A stretch of 20,000 bases of DNA. Source: Psammoneis japonica. Taxonomy: Eukaryota. A program made the position numbers and the translations under genes. The notes under the pieces were generated by a model. The model worked only from the letters and a program-made list of their open reading frames with translations. It did not search any database and was not told where the DNA came from. This document shows positions 1 through 10,168 of this stretch, piece after piece; position 1 is the stretch's first letter; each line of letters starts with the position of its first letter. The stretch lies in assembly GCA_008632985.1 (NCBI GenBank), contig QPGO01000196.1, positions 118,952 through 138,951 of the forward strand, written 5' to 3'.

Positions 1-395
1 GCATGGTGGCAACGCCCAGAATATACCGAGTTCAGCCTTGAGTTCTTCGAGGCTCGTTTGGAGCACTATAGAGAAAAAGCATGCATGGAAAATCATCAAG
101 CTGCTGCTGATGAGCTAGCACTGGCTCATGACAGGCGGCTGTTCCCCAAGAAGCCAACCAATTCCATTGGCAAGCCTCGATGGGATCTTTGGCAGAAAAA
201 TATTTGAAGACAGACATTGACAAGGAAAAGCACACAGTGCTTGCACCACGAGAACTTTGCAAAACCCATGAAGAGCACCAGGTATTCGAGCTAGAGGTGT
301 TCAGAAAGCACATTCACCAAGAGGTGAAAAAGCGAAAATACATTGCGTGGTGCAAGAACGATGCAGAGAAGAAGGCAAAGGGAGAAAAGAAGTAG
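1..395 (+). pseudogene. Frameshifted C-terminal part of a transposon accessory (putative DNA-binding) protein
   Basis: Frame 1 reads AWWQRPEYTEFSLEFFEARL...LAHDRRLFPKKPTNSIGKPRW up to 183, then shifts to the 180..395 frame GSLAEKYLKTDID...EHQVFELEVFRKHIHQE. There is an internal repeat (RPEYTEFSLEFF / HEEHQVFELEVF). From recall, it resembles ORFs found beside diatom DDE_Tnp_4 transposases. Confidence 0.55.
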
Positions 396-417
396 TAACT
401 TTCCAGAAACTACCTAA

Positions 418-750
418 TTAGTAGCTGCTACCTTGTTCCACCACCATGCCATCCCCACGCTTTTTCTTCTTGGCGCCACCCTCCATGGTCGTCTTGAATG
501 ATGCGAGCAAGCGATCCGCAAGTTTCTTGACATCGCTCTCGTCAAGTCCCATCTTGCCAACCTTCCTGGCGAGCACATCGACTTCTTCTAAAGGCTGCAT
601 CTCCTTGATGAACTTCTTCTTGATGTAGAACGTGTCGTCCTTTTCATGCAAAAGCACCTTGACCTTCTGCGCGGTGATCTTTTTCACCCTTCCCCATTCG
701 CCTTGGTGTTCTCCACCGACAACGTCAACGATACTTCCTTTGGCAATCAT
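418..750 (-). CDS. Small (110 aa) KOW-motif protein with a basic C-terminal patch
   Basis: From the ATG at 750 it reads MIAKGSIVDVVGGEHQGEWGRVKKITAQKVKVLL, matching the KOW pattern G-x-x-V-x-V-x-x-G-x-Y/H-x-G-x-x-G-x-V. The frame is open to TAA at 418 and includes an NLS-like KKKKR. Confidence 0.6.
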   Translation of the reverse strand: MIAKGSIVDVVGGEHQGEWGRVKKITAQKVKVLLHEKDDTFYIKKKFIKEMQPLEEVDVLARKVGKMGLDESDVKKLADRLLASFKTTMEGGAKKKKRGDGMVVEQGSSY

Positions 751-988
751 GGTGGCCTTTTCTGTTCCAATTGTGGATTGTGATTTGACTGCGAGTGTGA
801 GCTGTGTAGTGCTGTGCTGTAGCATGGACCGTGAGCATGTGGAACTACATTTGCACACTACAATTGTAGCCCACCTAATCTATACGGCAAACCTGTCGAA
901 CATGTAAGTCCCACAAAATCTTGACTATTTTTATAGCTACGCGAGGGTAAGAGCCACAATTCCACAACAAAATTCACTGGTCCGCACG

Positions 989-1459
989 ATGCTTCATATG
1001 TCGAGTAGTCAAGTGCTGCGGGTTGGCCTGCAGCTCTATGGAGTTGACATCCATCACCAGAAACGGTCATCTGAGGTGGGTAACATCCGTCGATTCAAAA
1101 AAGTCTATGGCTCTAGCCCTGAAGTTTGCAAGAAAATTTTTCATGACCTCCAAATGACCAAGGTAGAAGCGGCAAGGATTGATCCAGCAGACATCTGTCT
1201 CGACTATTTCTTTATGGCCATGAATTTCCTAAAACTGTATGAAACGGAGGAAGTCCGCTCGGCCACTTTTGACGCATCTGAAAATACAATGCGCAGGTGG
1301 GTATGGCATTATGTTAGAAGGATTCAAGCACTCAAGAAAGAAAAAATCCTTTCGGAGACGTTTCGCCACGGCATCAAGAAGCATCGACGATGCTTCGAGG
1401 CCGTGTGCATGATTGCGCAGTGCCAGTTGGAATGTGGCTCACCCCTCTTTGACATTTAG
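989..1459 (+). pseudogene. PIF/Harbinger-ISL2EU-type (DDE_Tnp_4-like) transposase with an in-frame deletion of the catalytic core
   Basis: N-terminal motifs (RRFKKVYG, FFMAMNFLKLYETEEV, SENTMRRWVWHYVRRIQALKKEKI) join directly to the C-terminal motif LSETFRHGIKKHRRCFEAVCMIAQCQLECGSPLFDI. No DDE residues lie between them; the junction is near 1343-1348. Confidence 0.7.
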
Positions 1460-1507
1460 AGTGTGACGTCACATCACGATGTTTCTAGTAGTCATTAACA
1501 TTTAACA

Positions 1508-1631
1508 AATGACTTTCCACGATGAGTGGTCATTAATGACTTTCCACGATATTTAATGACTTTCCACGATAGCATCGTGGAAAGTAAAGACTTTCCACGA
1601 TGGAAATGAATCGTGGAATACTTTCCACCAT
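1508..1631. repeat. Cluster of direct and inverted 12-16 bp subterminal repeats, (AAT)GACTTTCCACGAT
   Basis: Direct copies at 1511-1523, 1538-1550, 1558-1570, 1589-1601 and a variant at 1620-1631. Inverted copies at 1574-1585 and about 1610-1620. Positions 1559-1585 form a perfect 12-bp stem with a 3-nt loop. Confidence 0.9.
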
Positions 1632-1740
1632 GCGACTACCTTCCGTTAAATTATGACTGCATTGAATAATCATTACATACATTAATTAAATGTGTTTGAA
1701 TTAATGGGGCAGTAAGTATTTTTTCAACGGACAGTGAGAG

Positions 1741-2688
1741 GGCAACATGTGGATTCAGATGTCCTCTTCACGTAATCCCATAGTAGATTCTATACTGAGA
1801 AGTACGAGCGTGCCCAGTACGACACTCAACGTACTTTCCACGCTTTTGCGGCGACTTCCAGTACTCGATGTACGCTCTTGTTTATGGCGGTCACTTACTT
1901 GTGGATTTCGTGTAGTTTGGCGGGCTTACTTTATGTGCCACATTGCTCTGCTGCACTACCACATTTCACAAGCAATTAACGATGGTCAAGGACATGACCA
2001 TTTCGTCTTGATAATCAATCCTGTGATGGTTATGAATTCCATTATGGATTTTTTGTACTTCAACCATCTATCAGTTGGATTTTAATCATGATTTGGACGT
2101 TTCTTTTTGACATGCCGGTGCTATTTTGTCATTCCGTAGGCACTGCTTTCGTGCACTAAGTGGATAAATGTCCATTTTTCTTTTCTTTTTCTGAATCTTT
2201 GGCACATCTCGTGTGTCGACATGATAAGTTATTTATGTCTTGCCTCGTACATTGTACAATGCAACCGTATGGGTGTTGTGAGATTGTCTTTTGCCATTGT
2301 GAAGTGGATGCATATAATGCACACCAATCTGTCACTGTTTTTTCCTAACCGTCCTTTAATGAGGTGATTATATCCTCATGACATGAGCATTTTTCGATCT
2401 CACTCGCCTCCATGAAAAGTGTTCGTATGACATGTTGCGTCCAACAATTTGGAGGGAATGTCTTTATCCCGTTTTAACGGCAGGACAGTGTCGTAGGATT
2501 CAATTTTCTACACCATAGTAAGTCAGCTGATCGCGTCTATCATGACGATGTTCGCCTTGCCCTCGATGCATTTTAATTCGGGACTAAAGTTTTCTATAGT
2601 AAGTCGCCAACGTATGACTTTGTCCGTTGTGTCTTATGATCTGTATGTGTGTTAATCTGTTGGCCAAACAGTGTGTTTCGGAATTTTA
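1741..2688 (-). pseudogene. pol: Ty3/Gypsy pol, 3' part (RNase H C-terminus and integrase), highly degenerate
   Basis: Minus-strand remnants: FRNTLFGQQINTHTDHK (~2635-2685), TTDKVIRWRLTIENFSPELKCIEGKANIV..DAIS*L (~2520-2630), zinc-finger end CQRFRKRKEK.GHL (~2165-2205) and RNPQ...ER.HRVL (~1860-1910). Many frameshifts. Confidence 0.8.
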
Positions 2689-3259
2689 TCATTCAGTGAG
2701 GGCGCGTGAAAAACCCGGGTGTGATGCGTGTTTTTTCACTTTGGCGAAGGCCATTGAGCTGTTATCAAATTTATTTGATCACTAAGACGTGTGTTCACTG
2801 TTTCTCCTTTATCATGATCGTTGATCAATGAATCAACAGTTGCAATGGTCCGAACAGTTGCGGTGTTGCTGCCTCCAACACGTGAAGGGGCGTGACGCCT
2901 GGGGCACTCGGGGAATTTTCCCGGGTTTTTATGTGTGCTTCGTGCCCGTAGAAGTTGTACGGTGCTGCACTGCAACTCACGACGAAAAAGGCAACACGCG
3001 AGCCTTGTTGCCGCAGTGACAACAGAATGCACCAATAGAACAACAAACGTTGGTTTCTCGTCATGCCATCGAGTTTACAGCATCAACAGCAATTAGGTAC
3101 GGCTGAGGAGGCAGAAGTGGGATCCTCACCATTGAGCATTCGAGGCTTGATGGTCGCTGGTGTGGGTGGTGATGACGCGACAGAAGTATGTTTTTTACAG
3201 GTGACCATAGCAGAGGCCGACTGAGAGGGAGACGGCAGCGACAGTGGAGTAGAACATTG

Positions 3260-4805
3260 TCAGCTCAAGACCAACAACACTTGAAACACCTCTGTGTAGC
3301 AATAAAATGACAGAAACACTCACATTCTGTTAATTCACCATCTTCATCCCCATCACCAGAATTTTTGATTGTTGCACACAAGAGCATCGTGAGGCCTCCC
3401 GACCCACTGGCATTATTAATGTTTGCATTTCACCCATGAAAGATGAGAAGCAGTAACTCTCAAGAGCACCAGTAGTGAGTTTTAGACACTGCAGAAATAA
3501 AGGGAATGGAGAGAGTAAAAACAATGTAGCCGCACATGCCTTGAGCACCGCAGAAAAGGATTGACGTCATCATTCTTTGAAAAGACTCATCAAAATGCTA
3601 TGAAGCATTCAGCACATTCATCAGCTCAAGAATGTCAATATAAACAACTGTGTGTAACAAAATGACAGGAAAGCTCACATTCAGTCAATTTGATTGTTGC
3701 GTTCGAGAGTGTCGCAATCGCGAAGTCGCGTCGCTGTGCATCCCGACCACTGGCATTTTTGGTTGTTGCATCTCAATGAGTTGAATTGTTCAGCATCTGA
3801 ACCACAGCAGGAAAGAGGAGAAATGGTAAGTCTCAGACAAAAAAGAAAGAAAGGGAATGCAGAGAGAATCAAAATAATGTTGGCACATGCCTTCTGTGTC
3901 GCACAGTGCATTGGCGTGTTGTAGCGGCATTCCGACCACCAGTGTTCCACTAGCATTTTGATTCTTGCATTTTAACATCTTGAATTACTCAGCATCTGAA
4001 CCACAGAAGGCAAGAGCAGAAATATTAAGTCTTAGACAACAAAGAAACAAAGGGAGAATCACAATAATGTGGCACAAACCTGGAGTGTCGCACAGTGCAT
4101 CGGCGTGCACCGGCATCCCGACCAACAGCATTCCACCACTGTTTTTTTTAATCTCCCATTTCAATGTCTTGAATTTATCATCACCTGAGCCAGCAGGCAA
4201 GAGGACGAATAGCAAGCCTCAGTTAGCAAGGGAAAAAAGGGAGAATCAAAAAAACACCGCACATGCCTTGAGTGTCGCACGGTGTGTGCTGGCATCCCGA
4301 TCAACAGTGTTCTACTAGCATTTTTGATTCCTCCATTTCAACATCTTGAATTGCTCGGCAACTGAACTACAGCAGGCAAGAGGAAAAGTAATAAATCTCA
4401 GACAAGAAAGAAACAAAGTGAAAATCAACACAATGCCGCACACACCTTGAGCATCGCATGGCGTGCACCGGCATCCCGACCAATGGATTCCAATAGTGTT
4501 TTTGATTCCTCCATTTCAATGTCTTGAATTGCTCAGCAACCCTCTTGTAGCAGACAAGAGGAACAATAACAAGTCTCAGACAACAACAAAAAAACAAAGT
4601 GAAAATCAAAATAATGTTGCACACACTTGAGCATCTCATGGCGTGCACCGGTGTCACGACAACTGGAACTCGACTAGCAGCATTATTGATTGTTGCATTT
4701 TAAAATTGGTTAAATTGCTCTGCACCTGGCTATAGCAGGCAAGAGGAGAAATGGTAACTGTCAGACAAAAAGGAAACAAAGGCAATGCAGAGAAAATCAA
4801 AATGA
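3260..4805. repeat. Diverged ~180-bp tandem repeat array (about 6 clear units plus older, longer units at the left)
   Basis: The anchor GCATCCCGACC (with variants) recurs at about 3394, 3738, 3927, 4113, 4292, 4471 and 4651, with spacing of roughly 178-189 bp across the last six. Shared blocks include TTGAATTGCTCAGCA, GCAGGCAAGAGG, AAGTCTCAGACAA and GAATCAAAATAATG. 3262-3328 is also echoed at 3622-3683. Confidence 0.9.
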
Positions 4806-5089
4806 TGGTCTTGTTTCGCTGTCATCGGCATTTGCGCAAAACCTTAAGTGTGTGGTCGTGAACGTTTCGTAAGAGAAAAAAGAAGCATTCTTAGAAAATG
4901 CAGCAATGCTGTACACAGAATACACACATGTGTCATTGTACTTGCATGCCTTGCGGCATCGTACCGACTCAATCGCATCGTGGCTTTGCCACTGTCACCA
5001 TTTATGCCGACTCCATTGTTGTTTCACTGTCGTTGCTGTTTATTGTCACCTCTTGTACTCATCCTGCGATGAATTCTACGCAGACAAAA

Positions 5090-5232
5090 ACCAGGCGTGA
5101 TGCCCCGGTGCTTCACACCCGCGTTATTTATGCGGGTGTGACACCCCAGGTGTCACACCCCATAAAAAAAGGGGGTGTGATGCCTGTTTCTGAATCCGGG
5201 CGTCACGCCTACCCAGGCGTGACACCCGTGCG
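5090..5232. repeat. Subterminal quasi-palindromic GGCGTSACGCC-type repeats of the TIR element
   Basis: Several decayed copies occur in 5090-5232 (GGCGTGATGCC, GGTGTGACACC, GGTGTCACACC, GGTGTGATGCC, GGCGTCACGCC, GGCGTGACACC). The same motif occurs at the left end (~2718 GGTGTGATGC, ~2889 GGCGTGACGCC). Confidence 0.8.
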
Positions 5233-5253
5233 AAATGCGCCCTCACTGAACGA

Positions 5254-6900
5254 CAAGTGTTTTCACTATGGACAGAAGTTCTTTTTTCCGTTGTAACGTA
5301 TAACATTGAAATTCGTGCATGACAACAACATGGTTTTTGATTTGATGCGCTCCACATTTTCGGAGACTTTTCATTCTGTACTTGCACTTTTGCTGTTTGA
5401 CCTTTATTAAGGTGAATTTGGCTAGCATTGTACAGGAGATTGTTGAGACTACATGTCTTGATAGTAGTAACGTATAACGACGAGATGTTGTCGTGTTCTT
5501 TACGTTTTTCTCGTGTTGCGATTACCTGAATCGCCTCCATTTCCTTTGTAATTGATTGCATGTCGTTACGCATGGAAGTCTTGATAGTTTATTTCAAGTT
5601 AAGTAGTGAAGGACTTTTGTTGTTAACCTTCTAAGCAACTGTTCTAGTTGTGTGATGCCGTTTCAAGCTTTTCTTGTACTGGTGACATTTTGAAGTCACT
5701 TTTTGTCAGGTATAAACGATCATATATAGTCTTTCTGACAACTTCAAACCTGTTATGAGTTCACTCATGTGTTGTATAAAAATATCTGGGGCTCTATAGC
5801 TTCTCATTGGAAGTTCATAGTGCTCATTTTCTCCCCACGGCATGATTTTCGTGTTGGCACGACATGTGCTTTTATAATTTGATGTGACAATGTCCCACAT
5901 TCAAATCGAGTGAGGTTGTATATATGAAATTTCTGAAGTATATCCTGAATGTTTGGTAGAGGATGCGGTGCACGTACTGGCCTCTTATTCAGTTCACGAA
6001 AGTCGGACAGAAACCGAGCTTCAACCATTTTTCTATTTTTTAAAGGTTGGAGCTGTCCATTCAGAATAGTTTATTTTTCTTTAGGACTTTTAGCTTACAG
6101 AGCCTTTCAATCTACTTACGAGTCGCCTCCAAGGCTTGTAGAAACAGGAAACCTTTTGCCTGACATGGTTTTGAGCCAGATTTCACTGCGAGGTTTTCCG
6201 GTCCACTTGCCTAGAGAACCATCAAAAAGAGTTTTAAATCTTTTCAAAGGGAAGATCAATTGCTTCTGCTCCTCTGGAGTCAGATGAGTTGCCGCAGCTG
6301 TCACATTATTGAGATTAGCAGTGTGATAATGTGAGTAGTCGAGGACCATTGGTTCAGTTGTTAACTCTATTCACGGTGTCACATTTTTCAATGTGATCAG
6401 CATTCAGCTGGAAACATCAGCTTCGAAGAGTGGATCAACATTCTTCATAGATGTAGTTGCTTCTTCCTCTTTGATTTCTTCATTTGCATGGTCCAATGTG
6501 ATTTCAAGACTGGACATTAAGTCGCATCTCATGATCGTGTCATATGGACTTGAAGAAGAACAATTTTTATCAACACATGATGTTGTTTGTATCATCATAT
6601 GCTTGTCAATTTCAGGCAAAGAGAACTGTATTGAACAGCGACTATCAGCCGTGAAGAGTCACCCTCGGTTTCCCAAGTTTTGGTGGCGGACTTCATTCTC
6701 ACTTCCGTGTGAATTTGCGCAAAATTATGGATGACAATGTTCTTTAACAAAAAGAATGGCGTTGAAGCTTATTTTTTGCTTTCCTCAGAGAAGTGCTCAT
6801 ATGAACAGCGAGGATAGGACTAGCACAACATGCTATGATGCTTTTTCTGGATTGCCAGACGTCCTGTAATGCGTTATACTCCTCGAGTGGTATAAATTTT
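5254..6900 (-). pseudogene. pol: Ty3/Gypsy pol, 5' part (protease, reverse transcriptase, RNase H), highly degenerate
   Basis: YDTIMRCDLMSSLEITLD (protease YDMIIGRD-like), HLTPEEQKQL...FKTLFDGSLGKW, RFLSDFRELNKR...HPLPNIQDIL, MPWG..E..LPM...APDIF..MSELI, a broken YIDD at ~5715-5730, and KELLSIVKTL at ~5256-5287. The PR-RT-RH-IN order defines Gypsy. Confidence 0.85.
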
Positions 6901-7735
6901 TGATCGGAATCGATCGGATCAATTTTTCCGAATTGACAGTTTCGTTCACTAAGTGTTTTAGAGTCGTAATTTTTGTTCTTATTTTTACGTTCCTTTGCCG
7001 AGGAACTCATTTTTATTGTTTTTGTGAACTGCCCAGTCACTGTGGCATTCAATTCCTCTTTCACAGAGACATTTTTCTGCTGTTGTCACGTCGCGTGCGA
7101 TTGCTGTTAGAGTGTCATATTTTTGGGTCTCTCTCAGAGCCACCCTTGCACTCTTTTTGCTGCTTCATTTTCAGAATAGCTTCAATCCGTGATGCAGGTG
7201 TTCTTTTTTCAAAGATTGGACCTCTTGTTCACTTTGGATTGTGCAGGCACCACACAGGAGACCATTTTGGAATCAAATTTGGAACCATTTTGAATTTGGA
7301 ATCAACTTTGCTGTCAGTGCCTGATTTGATATATTTTTTCGTCATGGACGTCTTCAACGACCTTTAGATGACTCAAAACTTAATCAGCTCATCAAGGATG
7401 AGTTCCAACAGTTGATTGTTTTGAACAGTAGACTGATGCTGCCATCCTTGCGGTGCGAGTCATGGCTGATAGCTCAGCGCTCGGTTTCGCGCTAGATTCG
7501 ACTTAGAATCGATTGAAGGGTCGTATAGACGCTCTTCATTGACCTCTTGGGTCTAGCAGAGGCTTTCTTGCTGTTAAGCTGCTCTGGTTTCTTCAGATCG
7601 TCTCGAAAATAATGATTCTGATTCTAAAGTGCAACTTGTAACTTCTCTCCATAAACAAGTCGAGGGGAGTGTAATTAAGTAGTTTAAACACTTTGTTATG
7701 TGAAATGTCCAAGTTTCCATCGACCGGGAGAGGGT

Positions 7736-8878
7736 TCAAGTTGGCGAGCCGACTTTGGTGATTTGTGTAGAAAACATACTAAGCTCTACGTACGTAGAAT
7801 CTGGCCCACTTTTGTACCCATACCACCTTAAGTTAAGGTCGCGGAAGTAATCAAGCTCTTCCTCGCGTGCCTTGCACTTTTTCTGAGCATTGGCAAAGCA
7901 CTCGTCTGCCTTTGTTCCGATGATAGTATGAACATCTTCTTCAGGCTTGGATTTCTGATTGGGCTTGCCGCCTCCACCATTGGCATGGTTAGTCTTGACA
8001 GGTTTCACGTGAAGCTTGAGTGCACGGCAATCGTCAGCATGATGTCCACAGTTAGTCCCATGGAGCATGCACGACTTCTGGGTGTTCTTCTGATTCGTGA
8101 TCAATGACTCAGAATTGTCCGTTCTATGGCCCCGCTTACGTGGGACCTTAGTATGTTGGTCCTGGTTACCTTTGGTAGACTCGACCTGCTAGATCCACTC
8201 GCAGAATTGTACAAACTTGGACATAGTATGAGCCAACGGGTCAAAATTCTGTAGTGTCATGATCTTCTGCCACGCATTTGTCACTCCGTACTCGAGCAAG
8301 TCACAGAGTTCGTCATTAGGTAATGACACCAGTGCTGCTCCTCCCTGCGTCACAGGCGGAAACTGAGAGACACAGCCATTAATTTAAACAGCCCTTGCTG
8401 CATAGTCATGAGTAGAAACATCAGCAGGCTTGCGCATGAAGCGTCACAGATAACGTTTCTGCAATGGTGCCACCCCATGTGGGAAGATACTTTCCTTTAG
8501 CTTTGCTATGCACGCGGCATGCGCAGCATTGGTTTGAGACGCCTGCTCTTCAGCGGCATTGTTAAAGGTTGTCAGGGCATCGCCCTGGAGAAGCCTGCAC
8601 ATAAGTGCATGCTTCGCCGGCCCCATAGTCATGTTTTGTCCTTGATGCACGTGCTCGGTGTTGCATAGAAAAACAAGAATTTCCTCGCATGTTCCCATAG
8701 AAAAGTGTGGTAGACCCATCTCGTGCATTGGACTGTCAGGATCAGCAGGGTCGTTACATAGCTTGAACGTCTGGTACTCACCCTGCTGCAGTTCCTTCTT
8801 CTCCGGCCGTGCAAACGGAATCGGCGGCTTGAGACGTTTCTTCCTGGTGGTTTTCAAGTTTGTTGGTCCTACCAACAT
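7736..8878 (-). pseudogene. gag: Ty3/Gypsy gag, one reading frame with three premature stops
   Basis: Reads LKPPIPFARPE...GTCEEIL...RLLQGDALTTF...QKRYL*RFMRKP...QFPP...LPNDELCDLLEYGVTNAWQKIMTLQNFDP...FVQFCE...CMLHGTNCGHHADDC (zinc knuckle). In-frame stops at 8444-8446, 8384-8386 and 8189-8191; no frameshift up to the knuckle. Confidence 0.8.
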
Positions 8879-8905
8879 ATCGTAGTTTTCGTTTTGTAGA
8901 TTTCA

Positions 8906-8922
8906 TAACCTCGCACACCATG
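8906..8922 (-). promoter_or_regulatory. Candidate LTR 3' end (CA) and primer-binding site
   Basis: The minus strand reads ...CCCGCA TGGTGTGCGAGGTTA about 30-40 nt upstream of the gag ATG. CA followed by TGG is the canonical LTR/PBS junction. The priming tRNA was not identified and there is no second LTR in the window. Confidence 0.35.
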
Positions 8923-10153
8923 CGGGAGTAACATTACTGTGCCCTGTGCATGCAATGGGCGACGAAAATGTAGATGTGTTGCAACTGTATCGATGTGAAA
9001 ATTATGAGCTAGTTTACATGTAGAGAAATGTAATTGTGCGAATAGGGAATCTTGTCAAATTAGCTGTTTGTTAGCATTTTGGATCGTACCAATCGATTGT
9101 GCGTTCGCATTGTGGATCGTGCAAATCACACCATCACGCACTGTGCATGAGTGATGTCATCGTGTGGAATCACACCACTGTTGTGGGCCAGACAACAGGT
9201 TAGTGTGCTTCACATGGGTGCTCTCTTGGCATCCTTCTAGATTGCCTAAGACACAGAGCCACGCCCTCCTATGGTCGTGCTTCCCAGGTACGTGCTGACA
9301 ATGCTACATTGCCAGCACGTACAAGAGGCTATGCACGGTCTCACCGTGTTGTCCAGTGCTGAGGCATGCTGCAGTTTGTGTGAGCTTATACATGCTTAAT
9401 GACCATGTGTTATTGTGTAACTTGCGTACGTGACTGTCTTGGCATGTTATTTCGTGCAATGTCTCAACGGTCAAAACACTCATAGTAAACAATTAAAGCC
9501 ATTAATTTAGTTTATGGCTAATAAAATGTCATGGAAGCATTGCCAGCTGTTGACAAATGCATCGCTGAAAAGCTGAGATCAAGAGCTTTCGATCAGCATC
9601 CATACCTCAAAATCGACCATACGAGCTATTTCGAGCTCCGTTAGCACCTTTCTATGTGGCCAGTCTTAAATGCTCACAAAAACACAGCTACGTGTCTCGC
9701 CACATACAAAGCCACTACCTGCGACGACCATGGCTGATGCATCGACACATCGACGCGATGCGCCCCCCCTTGTGGTAGAATTAGGAGGAATGAGCTTTTC
9801 CATTAAGTTCTCCACATTAACATCAGTCATGTGTGGTTCTACTGTGGCCTTAGCCTTTACTGTAGATGCCTCATGGCTTGCATTTGTGACCACACAACAC
9901 AAGCATGATAAAACGATCTGCTGCATTCTGCACATAAGATGCATGGAAGGGAGGAAACAACGTGACTGTTCAATCCACCACATTTTTATTAGCCATGTAA
10001 GGTTCTACTTTTGCCTTAGCCATCACTCTAGTTGCCTTATGATTCGCATTTGTGATGACACGACACAAAAACAGTGCTTTTCTGACAACCGATCTGTTGC
10101 ACTAGCATTCTGCATATAAGCCACCATATTTCACCTTATCTTTTATGCTATAG

Positions 10154-10168
10154 ATGACATTCAATCAA
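10154..10168. repeat. LINE target-site duplication, left copy
   Basis: ATGACATTCAATCAA, identical to 18126-18140. Confidence 0.9.

Larger units (their letters stand above)
1..1740 (+). mobile_element. Right part of a non-autonomous PIF/Harbinger-ISL2EU-like DNA transposon; left end lies outside the window
   Basis: Contains a transposase remnant (989-1459), an accessory ORF (1-395) and subterminal GACTTTCCACGAT repeats (1508-1631). Gypsy integrase-derived sequence begins shortly after ...CAACGGACAGTGAGAG (1740). The right boundary is inferred because the partner TIR is not visible. Confidence 0.6.
2689..5253. mobile_element. Non-autonomous TIR DNA transposon (2565 bp) inserted in the Gypsy RNase H, probable TA target site
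   Basis: Left TIR TCATTCAGTGAGGGCGCGT (2689-2707) and right TIR ATGCGCCCTCACTGAACGA (5235-5253) match at 17/19; both mismatches are CpG transitions. Flanks are TA (2687-2688) and CA (5254-5255). Removing the element approximately rejoins pol ELLSIVKTL to FRNTL. Confidence 0.85.

Noticed and set aside
1508..1631. CRISPR-like short repeat array
   Set aside because: Repeats are only 12-16 bp, spacers are short and irregular, orientations are mixed, there are no cas genes, and the context is eukaryotic TE sequence.
3060..3250. Ser/Pro-rich minus-strand stretch as a transposase remnant of the TIR element
   Set aside because: Low complexity, interrupted by stops, and lacking any DDE/D or HTH motif.
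3330..4657. ORFs within the 180-bp array
   Set aside because: They are incidental translations of a diverged tandem repeat; frames are not conserved between units.
8921..9300. Complete 5' LTR (TG at 9300 to CA at 8921 on the minus strand)
   Set aside because: There is no second copy in the window and the terminal inverted repeat is only 2 bp, so the outer boundary cannot be supported.
9666..10119. Overlapping ORFs on both strands as host genes
   Set aside because: No recognisable domain. Their Cys/His/Met-rich composition is what TG/CA enrichment and loss of TA-containing stop codons would produce.
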